Translations under genes and position numbers: made by a program
The notes under the pieces: model-generated
What the model was told of the DNA's origin: nothing
Seen by the model: the letters and a program-made list of their open reading frames with translations, nothing else
The model's database searches: none
Shown here: one piece after another, positions 25,881-35,181 of the stretch
How the letters are laid out: each line of letters starts with the position of its first letter
How positions within the stretch are numbered: position 1 is the first letter of the stretch
Assembly (NCBI GenBank): GCA_037481815.1
Contig: JBBFKX010000002.1
Coordinates: forward strand, 320,001 to 384,000
DNA: 64,000 bases
DNA from: a candidate division WOR-3 bacterium
GTDB taxonomy: Bacteria; Hydrothermota; 32-111
Reading direction: 5' to 3'

Positions 25881-27741
25881 AAAATTTTCCTCTCATCTTT
25901 TTATTTTCAATCTCGAATATATAGTAATAGATTCCAGATTTAAAGTTTTCAACATTTATTTTTATCCAATTTTCAACTTTTGTTCCTGATCTTTCAAAAA
26001 CTTTTTTCCCATCGTTTGTAAATATTACTATTTTATACATTCCTGCATACTCAGTGAATATGTTTATTTCGTTAACAGCCGGATTAGGAAAAACATAACT
26101 TTCAATCGAATCATTTACAAAAAATTCTAAAATTGTATCAATATCTGAAACATTGTTAAATTCATCTACTCCGGTTATAAACAAAATATTTTTTCCATAA
26201 CCGATTTTATGGACGGTTCCAACATTCGAATTAAGTATGGTTCTATAAAGATCTTTTATTTTATATATTTTTAAATCGTCAAGATAAAGATAAAAATCCT
26301 GTTCTAAATTTTTATTGAATTCGATTTTCAGAAGTCCTTTTTTGATTTTAAAGTAAAAAGATTTCCAGTCAGTTAACTCTCCTTCAAACGATTTTACTGG
26401 TATTCCATTCAGATAAATATAAAAGCATGAATCAGAAAATAATCCCTTGTACTTAAAAGATAAGAGATTTTCTTCTTCAGGTAAAAAGATTTCAAAAGTA
26501 AAATTTCTGCAGAACAAAGAATATGGTTTTGAGTAGGGATTCTGGTCTGTTAGACAAAAATTTCCAGTAAAATTTTCAGGCAGAGAATCGAAGTTTTCTA
26601 TATAGGTATAATAGTTGTTTGAAAATTCAACATCATAATTTTTTATTTTAGAGAAATCATAAGAAGGATCAAAGTTTATTTTAAAATTGTTATTATTTGT
26701 TTTCGTAAGTTCTATATTGTGCACAGGTAAAGGGGAAAAGGTATCTTCTATGCCGAACGATAAAAATTCTTTTCTTATAACCTGAAAATCTTTATCGATA
26801 CTTAGGTTTATATAGTCTTTATAAAGTTTATACAAAGTTAAAAAATTTAAAGGATAAAATAATTTTATTCCTTTAAAATTTTCATTTTTTGTTAAATTGA
26901 TTACAACAGAATTTTTTAGATTACATGAAACATCAGTTTCATTTATTATAGAAAATTCATTCCTGTCAGTGAACTTTAACTCTTGAAAATCTTTTAAAAT
27001 ATTTTCAGTTTTAATTGTTGATATCGTTAAATCCTTATAGTTTGTTGAATCGGAGTAATGCTCGAAATATTTTTCAGAGATTATTTTTGCTATATCCTGT
27101 GGATCTTTTAAAGTATCTATGCAGGGAAGTATTTTATCATAAGGAAAACCATTGTAGGGAACTATCCCTTCCGATCCTACAACAAACGAAACATAATCTT
27201 TGATTTCATAAACTACCTCAACACTCTGCATCAAACAAGCATCAAATATCAAAATATCTGTTTTCTTCTTTGTTTTATTGTATATATCCAAAAAAATATT
27301 TTTAAATTCACCTTCAGTTATCGAAATAAAATCAAACGGATGGTTATCAAAAAATATCGATTTATCTTTCGTAGTAAAATTGTACCAGCCATTACCATGA
27401 TCCCATAAAACCATTATCCTTTTTTCATAATCGTATTTATAAAATGTTGAAAAGAAGTTTGAAATGTTTTCGAAATCACCTGAATTCACATTATCAAAAA
27501 CTTTAAGGGTATCACTTTTTCCATCATTTATTTCAAAGATATATGAATAGAAAGGTGAATCAAGAAAAATGATTATATCAGTATTTTTTATGTTTTTTGA
27601 ACTCTCTATCAATTGATTGTAGTTTGTTAAAAATCCATTATAAAGATTGTTATCAGCACAAAAATATCCTATAAAAAGTATTTTTGATACTACAAAAAGT
27701 GGTGGCAAAAAAAATATTAAAAAAAATGGTAACTTTTTCAT
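25867..27741 (-). CDS. Clostripain-family (C11) cysteine peptidase with a T9SS-type C-terminal domain
   Basis: ADNNL, LWDHGNGW (His), FDACLMQSVEV (Cys), VGSE; CTD VFPNPA..SGIYYY..GKFFVK. Confidence 0.88.
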   Translation of the reverse strand: MKKLPFFLIFFLPPLFVVSKILFIGYFCADNNLYNGFLTNYNQLIESSKNIKNTDIIIFLDSPFYSYIFEINDGKSDTLKVFDNVNSGDFENISNFFSTFYKYDYEKRIMVLWDHGNGWYNFTTKDKSIFFDNHPFDFISITEGEFKNIFLDIYNKTKKKTDILIFDACLMQSVEVVYEIKDYVSFVVGSEGIVPYNGFPYDKILPCIDTLKDPQDIAKIISEKYFEHYSDSTNYKDLTISTIKTENILKDFQELKFTDRNEFSIINETDVSCNLKNSVVINLTKNENFKGIKLFYPLNFLTLYKLYKDYINLSIDKDFQVIRKEFLSFGIEDTFSPLPVHNIELTKTNNNNFKINFDPSYDFSKIKNYDVEFSNNYYTYIENFDSLPENFTGNFCLTDQNPYSKPYSLFCRNFTFEIFLPEEENLLSFKYKGLFSDSCFYIYLNGIPVKSFEGELTDWKSFYFKIKKGLLKIEFNKNLEQDFYLYLDDLKIYKIKDLYRTILNSNVGTVHKIGYGKNILFITGVDEFNNVSDIDTILEFFVNDSIESYVFPNPAVNEINIFTEYAGMYKIVIFTNDGKKVFERSGTKVENWIKINVENFKSGIYYYIFEIENKKMRGKFFVKQ

Positions 27742-27771
27742 AAAAAAGGTGGGGTTTTTAAAACCCCACCT
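27742..27771 (-). terminator. Intrinsic terminator after the porV-like gene
   Basis: Stem AGGTGGGGTTTT/AAAACCCCACCT with a minus-strand T-tract that ends at the clostripain ATG. Confidence 0.75.
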
Positions 27772-27778
27772 GATTTTA

Positions 27779-28831
27779 TTAGAAATTCAGAGTTAATGTG
27801 ACTCTATGACCGTTCACATAATTGTCTGACAGAAGTCCCATCTCTGTATAGGAATAATCTATTCCAACATCTATTCCGGAGAATCCATATTTGAAACCAA
27901 TACCTGCTGTAAGATTTTCAATCTTTTCGTTCTGTGTTAGATCATCCATATTGTCAAGAACATATTTGAATTTTTCCCAGTTGAATATATATCCCAGCCT
28001 TACAAAGAGTATCTTTGAAAGGTTGTATTCCATACCAAATCTTATGTTCTCGGTTCCATCGTTTGGATTCTGGAATTCAAGTGTTGTCGTGAGGAAATTT
28101 GTTGGACCTTCAAGAATGTCATACGCAAGACCAAAGTTGAAATTCATTGGAAGTGTGTATGTATCGGTTTTATAATATATGTTAAGTGGTGTCTGACCAT
28201 CTGTCCATTTCGAATATTTATCGGTTAATATAGTTCCGCCTGTAAACATTCCTTCAGATCCAAAATTCCTGATAGACATTCCTATTCTCAATGATTTGAA
28301 ACCTGTTTTATAGAGTGCTCCAGCGTCAAAAGCAATCATTGTAGAAGTTGCATCAACTATTTTTTCCTGGATGTACTTTAAGGTTACTCCAGAAGTGAGT
28401 TTATCAGTAAATGCTTTCGCGTAGGATGCTCCAACAACATAACTTGATGCGGAGAAGTATTCTCCTGTTCCCTCTGGTTTATCAACAGTTGTTATTTCCA
28501 TTTCAGGCATTGTCATTATTCCCGCCTGTAAACCCAAAGCACCCATTATGCCCATTGGAGCAGCAAAAGCAACATAGGAATAACTTATCTCTGCAGGATA
28601 TTTCACATAGTTGAGTAAAAGTCCCATCTTGTTCATCGTTGCAATTCCCGCTGGGTTGTAATAAAGTGCTGATGGATCATCAGCAACAGAAACAAAAGCA
28701 CCACCCATCGCAGTTGCTTTCGAGCCAACCAGTATTTTCAAGAACTGAGCACCTGTGGTTCCCTCATTGAAAGAATAGGCAAAATTTGCTAAAAGGGTAA
28801 ACGATATGATTATAAATAATAATTTTTTCAT
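27779..28831 (-). CDS. PorV/PorQ-family (FadL-like) outer membrane beta-barrel
   Basis: GAQFLKI..KATAMGGAFVSVADDPSALYYNPAG signature; C-terminal TLNF. Confidence 0.88.
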   Translation of the reverse strand: MKKLLFIIISFTLLANFAYSFNEGTTGAQFLKILVGSKATAMGGAFVSVADDPSALYYNPAGIATMNKMGLLLNYVKYPAEISYSYVAFAAPMGIMGALGLQAGIMTMPEMEITTVDKPEGTGEYFSASSYVVGASYAKAFTDKLTSGVTLKYIQEKIVDATSTMIAFDAGALYKTGFKSLRIGMSIRNFGSEGMFTGGTILTDKYSKWTDGQTPLNIYYKTDTYTLPMNFNFGLAYDILEGPTNFLTTTLEFQNPNDGTENIRFGMEYNLSKILFVRLGYIFNWEKFKYVLDNMDDLTQNEKIENLTAGIGFKYGFSGIDVGIDYSYTEMGLLSDNYVNGHRVTLTLNF

Positions 28832-28839
28832 TGTTCCTC

Positions 28840-31800
28840 CTACTTAATGATAGCAAATTTGCCAATTTTTGTTTCACCGTTTGGTGTCTGAACATGATAT
28901 ATGTAAATCCCTGGTGCTGGTATCTGATCATTTTTTGTTAAAAGATCCCATTCAGCATAACCTTTTGTTAGGTCATACGCTGTGGTTGTCTGGTTATCTT
29001 TTGTAACCTGAATCTCTACATCATGGTTGATTGTTGCAATCAACTCACCTGATAGTGTGTAAATTCTGATTGTGCATTTATCTGGTAAATTCGTGAAAAG
29101 AATTCTTCTATAATTATAGTCAAGATCAAGTTCACTTCTGACAACATAAGGATTTGGAACAACTTTAATCTTATCAAGAGTTGAATCAACTACTGTTGCA
29201 AAAGTTGCTGGAGTAACTGTGAATTTAAATGTTGAATTTATAGGTGGATAAGTAACAACGAATGCTGTATCGTTTGGAGTCACTCTTACAACCCATACAT
29301 CACCATCTTTTGGCCTTGCACTCCAAACCATTGGTCTTGAAGGTATCGGTGAATTGTTAAACTTTAGCACGATATTTGAAAAATATAGACCAACCTTTGC
29401 TGTATTTGCTGATGTTGACTTTAGATATCTTGGATTCTGTGAAGGAAGTGCTGTTGCTGATGTATTGAAATGCCAGTTGTCACCTATTGTTCTATTACTG
29501 TAAGGTATTTCAATATTGTTGTCAACATCAAAAATTGTTACTGTTAAGTTTGTATCATTTGGCAAGAATGTATCCGTTCCGATAACAGTAAGAGTTGGGT
29601 ACACAACCTCGTGCCAGGTAATAATATATTCTTTGCTGTTGTGATAGAATTGTCTTCCCTGTGCTGCAATTTCAACTTTCAAAATTGAACTATCGTAAGT
29701 ACCACTCTGTACACTGACTTTCAAAGTTGAATTACTTGTATTCATCCAGCCAGATGTGTCGAGAGTGAAACTGTTTATTTTAAATAGGAATCCTGAATAT
29801 GGATTCCATTTTTCACTTGGAAGTCCAATTATTTTTTCATTTTCTACCCAGAGTGTCTCTAAATCCATCTTATCTTCTATAACTATATCTCCATTTTTAT
29901 TTGTGATCGTGTAAGGATACCCAGGTGTTAAGTCATTATAAACGGAACTATCTGCAAGTCCAAATGTCAATGTAAATGTATCATCTTTAACTTTTTCGAT
30001 CATTGTGTCAAGAGCGTTTATAATTTCCATACTGATCAAAGATGTATCAATGTTTCCAGAGATTAGGTTTATATTATATGTTCCAGGGACAAGGTTTGAA
30101 GTTACTGCTCTCGGAACCGCTGCTTTTGTTTTTCCTGCACCTTCAAGTATAAGTGGAATAGCACCTATGGTATCATTTGTTGGAGTAACAGCATAACCGT
30201 TGAAGTTAACATCATACGCTCTCACTGTATAATAATACTGGATTCCGTTTGTAAGATTTGAATCAACAAAATAGTATGGAATTCCAGTATTTGATCCAAC
30301 TGTATCATAGTAGTATGTTGTTTCATAAGTTGCAGCAGCTGTATTGTAATAAATTAAAGAATCTTTTAATATAACTGTATATTCATTGATTTTATCAAAT
30401 TTACCTATCAATTCCCATGTTCCACCTGCACCAGTTCTCGACCTATATACATTATACCCTTCAATATCATATTCTCTATATGCAGGGTTGTATGTTGGAA
30501 GTAGTGGATCTGAAACAAGAGAATAATATTTGTCTGGAATGAGTTCCTGAGCATTATCCCAGTAGATTACAACTTTTTTATCCATTCCAACAACATCAAA
30601 GTTAACCTGTCCGGGTGCAACCGGTCCAAGCCATCCCTGATCATAAATCTGTTGTGCAATAAGCATTTTGTTCAACATTTCAGCAGAGTTTTTTGAAATT
30701 ATGATTCCAATAATAACTGTTGCAGTTGAATCATATTTAAGAGTGAATGGTCCTGATGCCATTGCAAATCTTTTATCACCCGCTGCTGTTGGGTCCTCAG
30801 TTTTTCCAGGATAACCTGGAACACCCTGCCCCCATGTTGGGAAAGGTCTATATGATGATTCTGGATCATTTGGGTTATAAATCGTGTGATCATAACCGGC
30901 AAGTACAAGATACCTTTTGATATGATCTGATGGATCAGTTTGTATTGTAAAGTAGTTGAATGTTGTCATTCCAATTCTTTCCCCTGCTGGTATTATGAAT
31001 GAACCATCATGATAAAGATCTATTGGTTCAGTTGCTCTTGGTGATTCCAGATATTTGTACGCAATAATTCCAGGGAAGTGTGTCCAGTTTGCTTCAGATT
31101 CAAGTTGGAACTGATATCCAACATTGATCTGCATCAAAGTATCGTTAACACCAGCATAATCAACTGTCATCGTATCAATAAAACCAAGAAGGTCGTTAGC
31201 CGCATCCTCTGCTTCATTTCCTATATCGTTATCGGCACCAATACCAACATAACATTTCTTAATGTCTTTGTGATCACTTCTCTTGTTCTGTATCTCATAT
31301 TTTATAAAAATAATATCTTCCTTTAATGGCCCAACCCAGGCATATGTTGTCTGTTTGACCTCTATCTCAAGTGGTCTTGAAGTTGAAACCAGACGATACG
31401 CTATATCCATATCGTTGAACTCAGTGTATGAATCCTGCATTGAAACAACAGAGTCGGCACCAGATGTTGTTTTCAAAGGCCATGGTTGTCCATAATTATC
31501 ACTTGTTGAAATATAAACTATATCCCATGGGTTGTTGTAGGGTGTTGGTCTATCTGGTGATGCATCGTTTATATCACCTGGAACAAATTCTGTTGATGCT
31601 GAGTTTGGATAGTAACCGCATGACATCGTTGTATCTGCTGTTCCATCATCGTTTTCAATTATTCCACCAACCCACACTCCTGCACCAAACACGTATGTTT
31701 CCTGAGGAAAACCAGCAGGCCAGTAAAGACCTGAGTTGTTTCCAGAATAAACATCCTGACCAAAGATAGCAAAGTTTGTTATATATGTATTAATCTGGTT

Positions 31801-31935
31801 TATGTCAAGCATCCTCTGGTCGAATATCTTACCTGATGTCATTTTGGGATCAATATATGCAGGACGAGCAAAAATGGTTATTGAAAAAAGGAGTGTGAGG
31901 AGGATAAAAAATGCAATTTTGTTAATTTTATTCAT
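28840..31935 (-). CDS. Large secreted protein with an FN3-like segment and a T9SS/FlgD-like C-terminal sorting domain
   Basis: Signal peptide; GLYWP..FGAGVWVGG; DIEGYNVYRS..LTNGIQYYYTVRAYD; IKVVPNPY..FTNLPDKCTIRIYTLSGELI..PGIYIYHV..GKFAIIK. Confidence 0.85.
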   Translation of the reverse strand: MNKINKIAFFILLTLLFSITIFARPAYIDPKMTSGKIFDQRMLDINQINTYITNFAIFGQDVYSGNNSGLYWPAGFPQETYVFGAGVWVGGIIENDDGTADTTMSCGYYPNSASTEFVPGDINDASPDRPTPYNNPWDIVYISTSDNYGQPWPLKTTSGADSVVSMQDSYTEFNDMDIAYRLVSTSRPLEIEVKQTTYAWVGPLKEDIIFIKYEIQNKRSDHKDIKKCYVGIGADNDIGNEAEDAANDLLGFIDTMTVDYAGVNDTLMQINVGYQFQLESEANWTHFPGIIAYKYLESPRATEPIDLYHDGSFIIPAGERIGMTTFNYFTIQTDPSDHIKRYLVLAGYDHTIYNPNDPESSYRPFPTWGQGVPGYPGKTEDPTAAGDKRFAMASGPFTLKYDSTATVIIGIIISKNSAEMLNKMLIAQQIYDQGWLGPVAPGQVNFDVVGMDKKVVIYWDNAQELIPDKYYSLVSDPLLPTYNPAYREYDIEGYNVYRSRTGAGGTWELIGKFDKINEYTVILKDSLIYYNTAAATYETTYYYDTVGSNTGIPYYFVDSNLTNGIQYYYTVRAYDVNFNGYAVTPTNDTIGAIPLILEGAGKTKAAVPRAVTSNLVPGTYNINLISGNIDTSLISMEIINALDTMIEKVKDDTFTLTFGLADSSVYNDLTPGYPYTITNKNGDIVIEDKMDLETLWVENEKIIGLPSEKWNPYSGFLFKINSFTLDTSGWMNTSNSTLKVSVQSGTYDSSILKVEIAAQGRQFYHNSKEYIITWHEVVYPTLTVIGTDTFLPNDTNLTVTIFDVDNNIEIPYSNRTIGDNWHFNTSATALPSQNPRYLKSTSANTAKVGLYFSNIVLKFNNSPIPSRPMVWSARPKDGDVWVVRVTPNDTAFVVTYPPINSTFKFTVTPATFATVVDSTLDKIKVVPNPYVVRSELDLDYNYRRILFTNLPDKCTIRIYTLSGELIATINHDVEIQVTKDNQTTTAYDLTKGYAEWDLLTKNDQIPAPGIYIYHVQTPNGETKIGKFAIIK

Positions 31936-31950
31936 ATTTTTCCTCCATCC

Positions 31951-34900
31951 TTAGAATGAGAATTCAAGACCCAGAGTGATAACTCTTGGTGAAGACCAGT
32001 TCGTTGGGTCATTAAGATAATCTTTATAATAAGCGATATATGATTCGTATGCTTCATCTTGTGAAACTGTTCCATCTCTATCAATATCTCTTCTGACATC
32101 ATATCCTGGCTGCCCTATCGTATATGCATTGAATATATCTTTCTTTATAGATGCGAGTGTTGCGTTTCTATCTGGAAGACCTGTTGAAGCATAAACATCA
32201 ACAACATTTCTTATATTGAAAAGGTTTGTCACTGTGACATAGAAGTTTGGTTCAAATGTTCCAAGTAAGAATCCTTTTCTGAATTTTAAATCAGTGTTGA
32301 ATGTCCATGGTTTTCTTTCACTGTTTGTAACACCAGTTTTTACTCCTTTTTCATTAACAGGAGTATATGGCTGTCCTGAATTGATCGAGTTGTCAATTGA
32401 AAGTGTCCAGTTGTCTGCATAAATTGGTAACTCTTTTGCAGGCATTCTTAAAACGAAGCCAATATTTATAGTATGTCTTTGGTCAAATGATAGATAATAT
32501 GGAATCTTTGGCATCTGTATATCACCACCTGTCACAGGATCCCTTTCAGCATAGGTTAGATAATAACCTTCCCATGCATCTGATGCTGTTCCTTTTGCAA
32601 ATGAAAGTGTGTATGCGATATCTGTTGAGAAATATTTTGATGATTTTGAGAAAGCAACTTCAAGACCTTTAACATTACCATACTCAACATTCATCAAAGC
32701 ATAGTATGGTGCAGGTAACGCATAGACCTTTCTTGAACCAATAAGTCCATATATATCTTTATAATAAGTTGTGACATCAAGAGCCATATCAGCTCCGATC
32801 TGAGTTGCTATACCAAATTCATAGGAAATTGTTCTTTCAGCATCAAGGTTTGGAGAACCTATATTCGAGTTTCCTCTCTTTGAAAGATCAACACCCATAC
32901 CAGAGAACAGATAATCCATCTGTGGTGTCTGGAAGAAGTGTCCATAGTTGAAATGTAATACAGAAACTTCTGAAATTGGATGTGAAATTCCCAACCTTGG
33001 CGAGAATTTATATTTTTTAGCAGCCATCTGAACTGGCCATGTCAAAGTATCCCAAACAGAATCAGGATATCCTGGATATGAATCGGGTTTTGTGATATTT
33101 GGATTTGGAGTTATAATTATTGTCGTATCCCCTGTGATTGTATCAATTATCGTATCCTGTTGATAGAGTGGGAAACTTCTGTTGTTTGCAACATAATAGA
33201 AAGGAGTGTTGGCATCAAGATAATCGAATCTAAGACCAATGTTAACAACCATTCCTTCAAATTCCATCTTATCCTGTATATATGCTGCTGCCTGTTTTGG
33301 ATAAACATGGTATTGATCTGAGAATGGGTTTGGGTCCCATGGAAGGTAAAGGTCCCAGAGATAAAGTTCATACGCTTTATATTCAACACCCGTCTTCATC
33401 TCGTGGTATCTTCCTATCTGGCTTGTCCAGTCGGCTTTCACTGTAAGATAATTTGAATATCTAAAACTTGAACTTCCATACCAGTTTGGATAGATGTACT
33501 GTGCATCGATCCACCATCCCCATGGAGAGTTATTTTTCCACTTATCAACCATTCCAGGGACATAATGGAAGTTGTTTGTATCTATCACACCATAAGGTTT
33601 CCAGAATTCATACCATTTCGGTATCACAACTTCTGGTGGATAAACAGTATCACCATTTTCATCAAAAAGTATGCCATCAAACTCTGGTCCATAATGTGTT
33701 TGTGTATAGAAATAACTACCGGTTAAAGTAACAAAATTAGCCTGGTTTATCATCCAGTTTGCAGTTCCGTTGATCTGATATCCATCTGTGTTTCTTGTAA
33801 GATATCTTTCAAGGTTGTATTTCAGTGAATTGTTAAACTGCTGATATGAAGAGTGTGAATAGAAACCACCAAAATTTATTTTTAAATTGTTTGTTGGTTT
33901 CACTGTAAACTTTGCCTGTGCATGATATTCACTTCTCTTGTGATGTGGAACAACGATACCTAAATTATCCCAGTATGTTGGTCCATACCTATTCCACATA
34001 ACAGTATCAAGCACAACTTTGTTGAAATAATATGTTGTATCGTTAACAGAATCATAAACAGTATCAACACCAAATGTAAAATATGGTACCGAGTCCTGTG
34101 TCCAGTTTGATGTTGTAAATGTTGATTCAATATATGCATTACCTAATGAATCATAAGCAATATTGTAATCTACAAAATCATAGGAGAAAGCGTATCCTGA
34201 AGAATCATTTTTATAGAAAAAGTTTGGTTTATCAACAAAAAGTGGAGACCAATCGTTTGTTACATAAATATCACCTGAAACAAAAAATCTCAAAAGGTCT
34301 TTGTAAATTGGACCACCAATTGAATATTCCAACCTGTTATCACCATAATTGAAAGATTTTGGAAGGAACGAGTTTCCTTCATATCTTACCGTTCCTTCAA
34401 ATTTTTTCGAACCTTCTCTTGTAACAATATTAAGAATTCCTGACATTGCCTCACCATATTCTGCATTGAATCCACCGGAAATAAATTTAACTTCTGAAAC
34501 AGCATTTTTATTTATCGTTGCACCAAGACCTTTTGTAACAGGATCAATGATTGACATACCATCAACCATGTACCCAACTTCATCTGTTCTTCCACCTCTA
34601 ACATGGAGTTGCGTTCCTGAACCAACAACACCAGCATTATTTGCAACTGCTGCCATAATGTTGTTTGAGACCGATTCATCAAGAAGTTGCTGGTTCATCG
34701 TTCTTTCTTTCTGCGTGACATTTGTTTGTATCTTTGACTCTTTTGCTTCAACTATAACTGTATCATATTCTATAGCACCCATAACAAGTTCAAAGTTGAC
34801 AGTTGTATTAATATCAGCAGAAACAGAAATGTTTGTTTTTGTCTGGGTTTGATATGATATTATTTGAGCGGTAACGGAATAAACTCCAACTGGGACATTC

Positions 34901-35103
34901 AGAATAAAATAGTATCCATCAAGATCTGTAACAGCACCGATTCCAAGTTCAGGTATTATCACGTTAACACCTGGGATACCTTCTTTTGTCTGTTTGTCTA
35001 TAACTCTTCCAGTTATTTTACCTGTAACACCTGCAAAGATGTTCACTGAGAAGAGAAGGACCAGAAGGAGAATAATTCCAAAAAGATAACTTTTCTTAAA
35101 CAT
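31951..35103 (-). CDS. TonB-dependent receptor with an N-terminal carboxypeptidase-regulatory-like domain
   Basis: TGKITGRVID..GVNV..TDLDGYYFILNVPVG; plug HVRGGRTDEVGYMVDG, SGGFNAEYGEAMSG; FSPRLGISHP; C-terminal LGLEFSF. Confidence 0.92.
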   Translation of the reverse strand: MFKKSYLFGIILLLVLLFSVNIFAGVTGKITGRVIDKQTKEGIPGVNVIIPELGIGAVTDLDGYYFILNVPVGVYSVTAQIISYQTQTKTNISVSADINTTVNFELVMGAIEYDTVIVEAKESKIQTNVTQKERTMNQQLLDESVSNNIMAAVANNAGVVGSGTQLHVRGGRTDEVGYMVDGMSIIDPVTKGLGATINKNAVSEVKFISGGFNAEYGEAMSGILNIVTREGSKKFEGTVRYEGNSFLPKSFNYGDNRLEYSIGGPIYKDLLRFFVSGDIYVTNDWSPLFVDKPNFFYKNDSSGYAFSYDFVDYNIAYDSLGNAYIESTFTTSNWTQDSVPYFTFGVDTVYDSVNDTTYYFNKVVLDTVMWNRYGPTYWDNLGIVVPHHKRSEYHAQAKFTVKPTNNLKINFGGFYSHSSYQQFNNSLKYNLERYLTRNTDGYQINGTANWMINQANFVTLTGSYFYTQTHYGPEFDGILFDENGDTVYPPEVVIPKWYEFWKPYGVIDTNNFHYVPGMVDKWKNNSPWGWWIDAQYIYPNWYGSSSFRYSNYLTVKADWTSQIGRYHEMKTGVEYKAYELYLWDLYLPWDPNPFSDQYHVYPKQAAAYIQDKMEFEGMVVNIGLRFDYLDANTPFYYVANNRSFPLYQQDTIIDTITGDTTIIITPNPNITKPDSYPGYPDSVWDTLTWPVQMAAKKYKFSPRLGISHPISEVSVLHFNYGHFFQTPQMDYLFSGMGVDLSKRGNSNIGSPNLDAERTISYEFGIATQIGADMALDVTTYYKDIYGLIGSRKVYALPAPYYALMNVEYGNVKGLEVAFSKSSKYFSTDIAYTLSFAKGTASDAWEGYYLTYAERDPVTGGDIQMPKIPYYLSFDQRHTINIGFVLRMPAKELPIYADNWTLSIDNSINSGQPYTPVNEKGVKTGVTNSERKPWTFNTDLKFRKGFLLGTFEPNFYVTVTNLFNIRNVVDVYASTGLPDRNATLASIKKDIFNAYTIGQPGYDVRRDIDRDGTVSQDEAYESYIAYYKDYLNDPTNWSSPRVITLGLEFSF

Positions 35104-35134
35104 TATTACTCTCCTTTTTAAATCTTAAAATTGT

Positions 35135-35166
35135 AAAAAAAAGGGGAAACAGAAGTTTCCCCTTTT
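35135..35166 (-). terminator. Intrinsic terminator
   Basis: AAAAGGGGAAAC-AGAA-GTTTCCCCTTTT stem-loop with a minus-strand T-tract. Confidence 0.75.
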
Positions 35167-35181
35167 AAAAGTTTGAATAAC

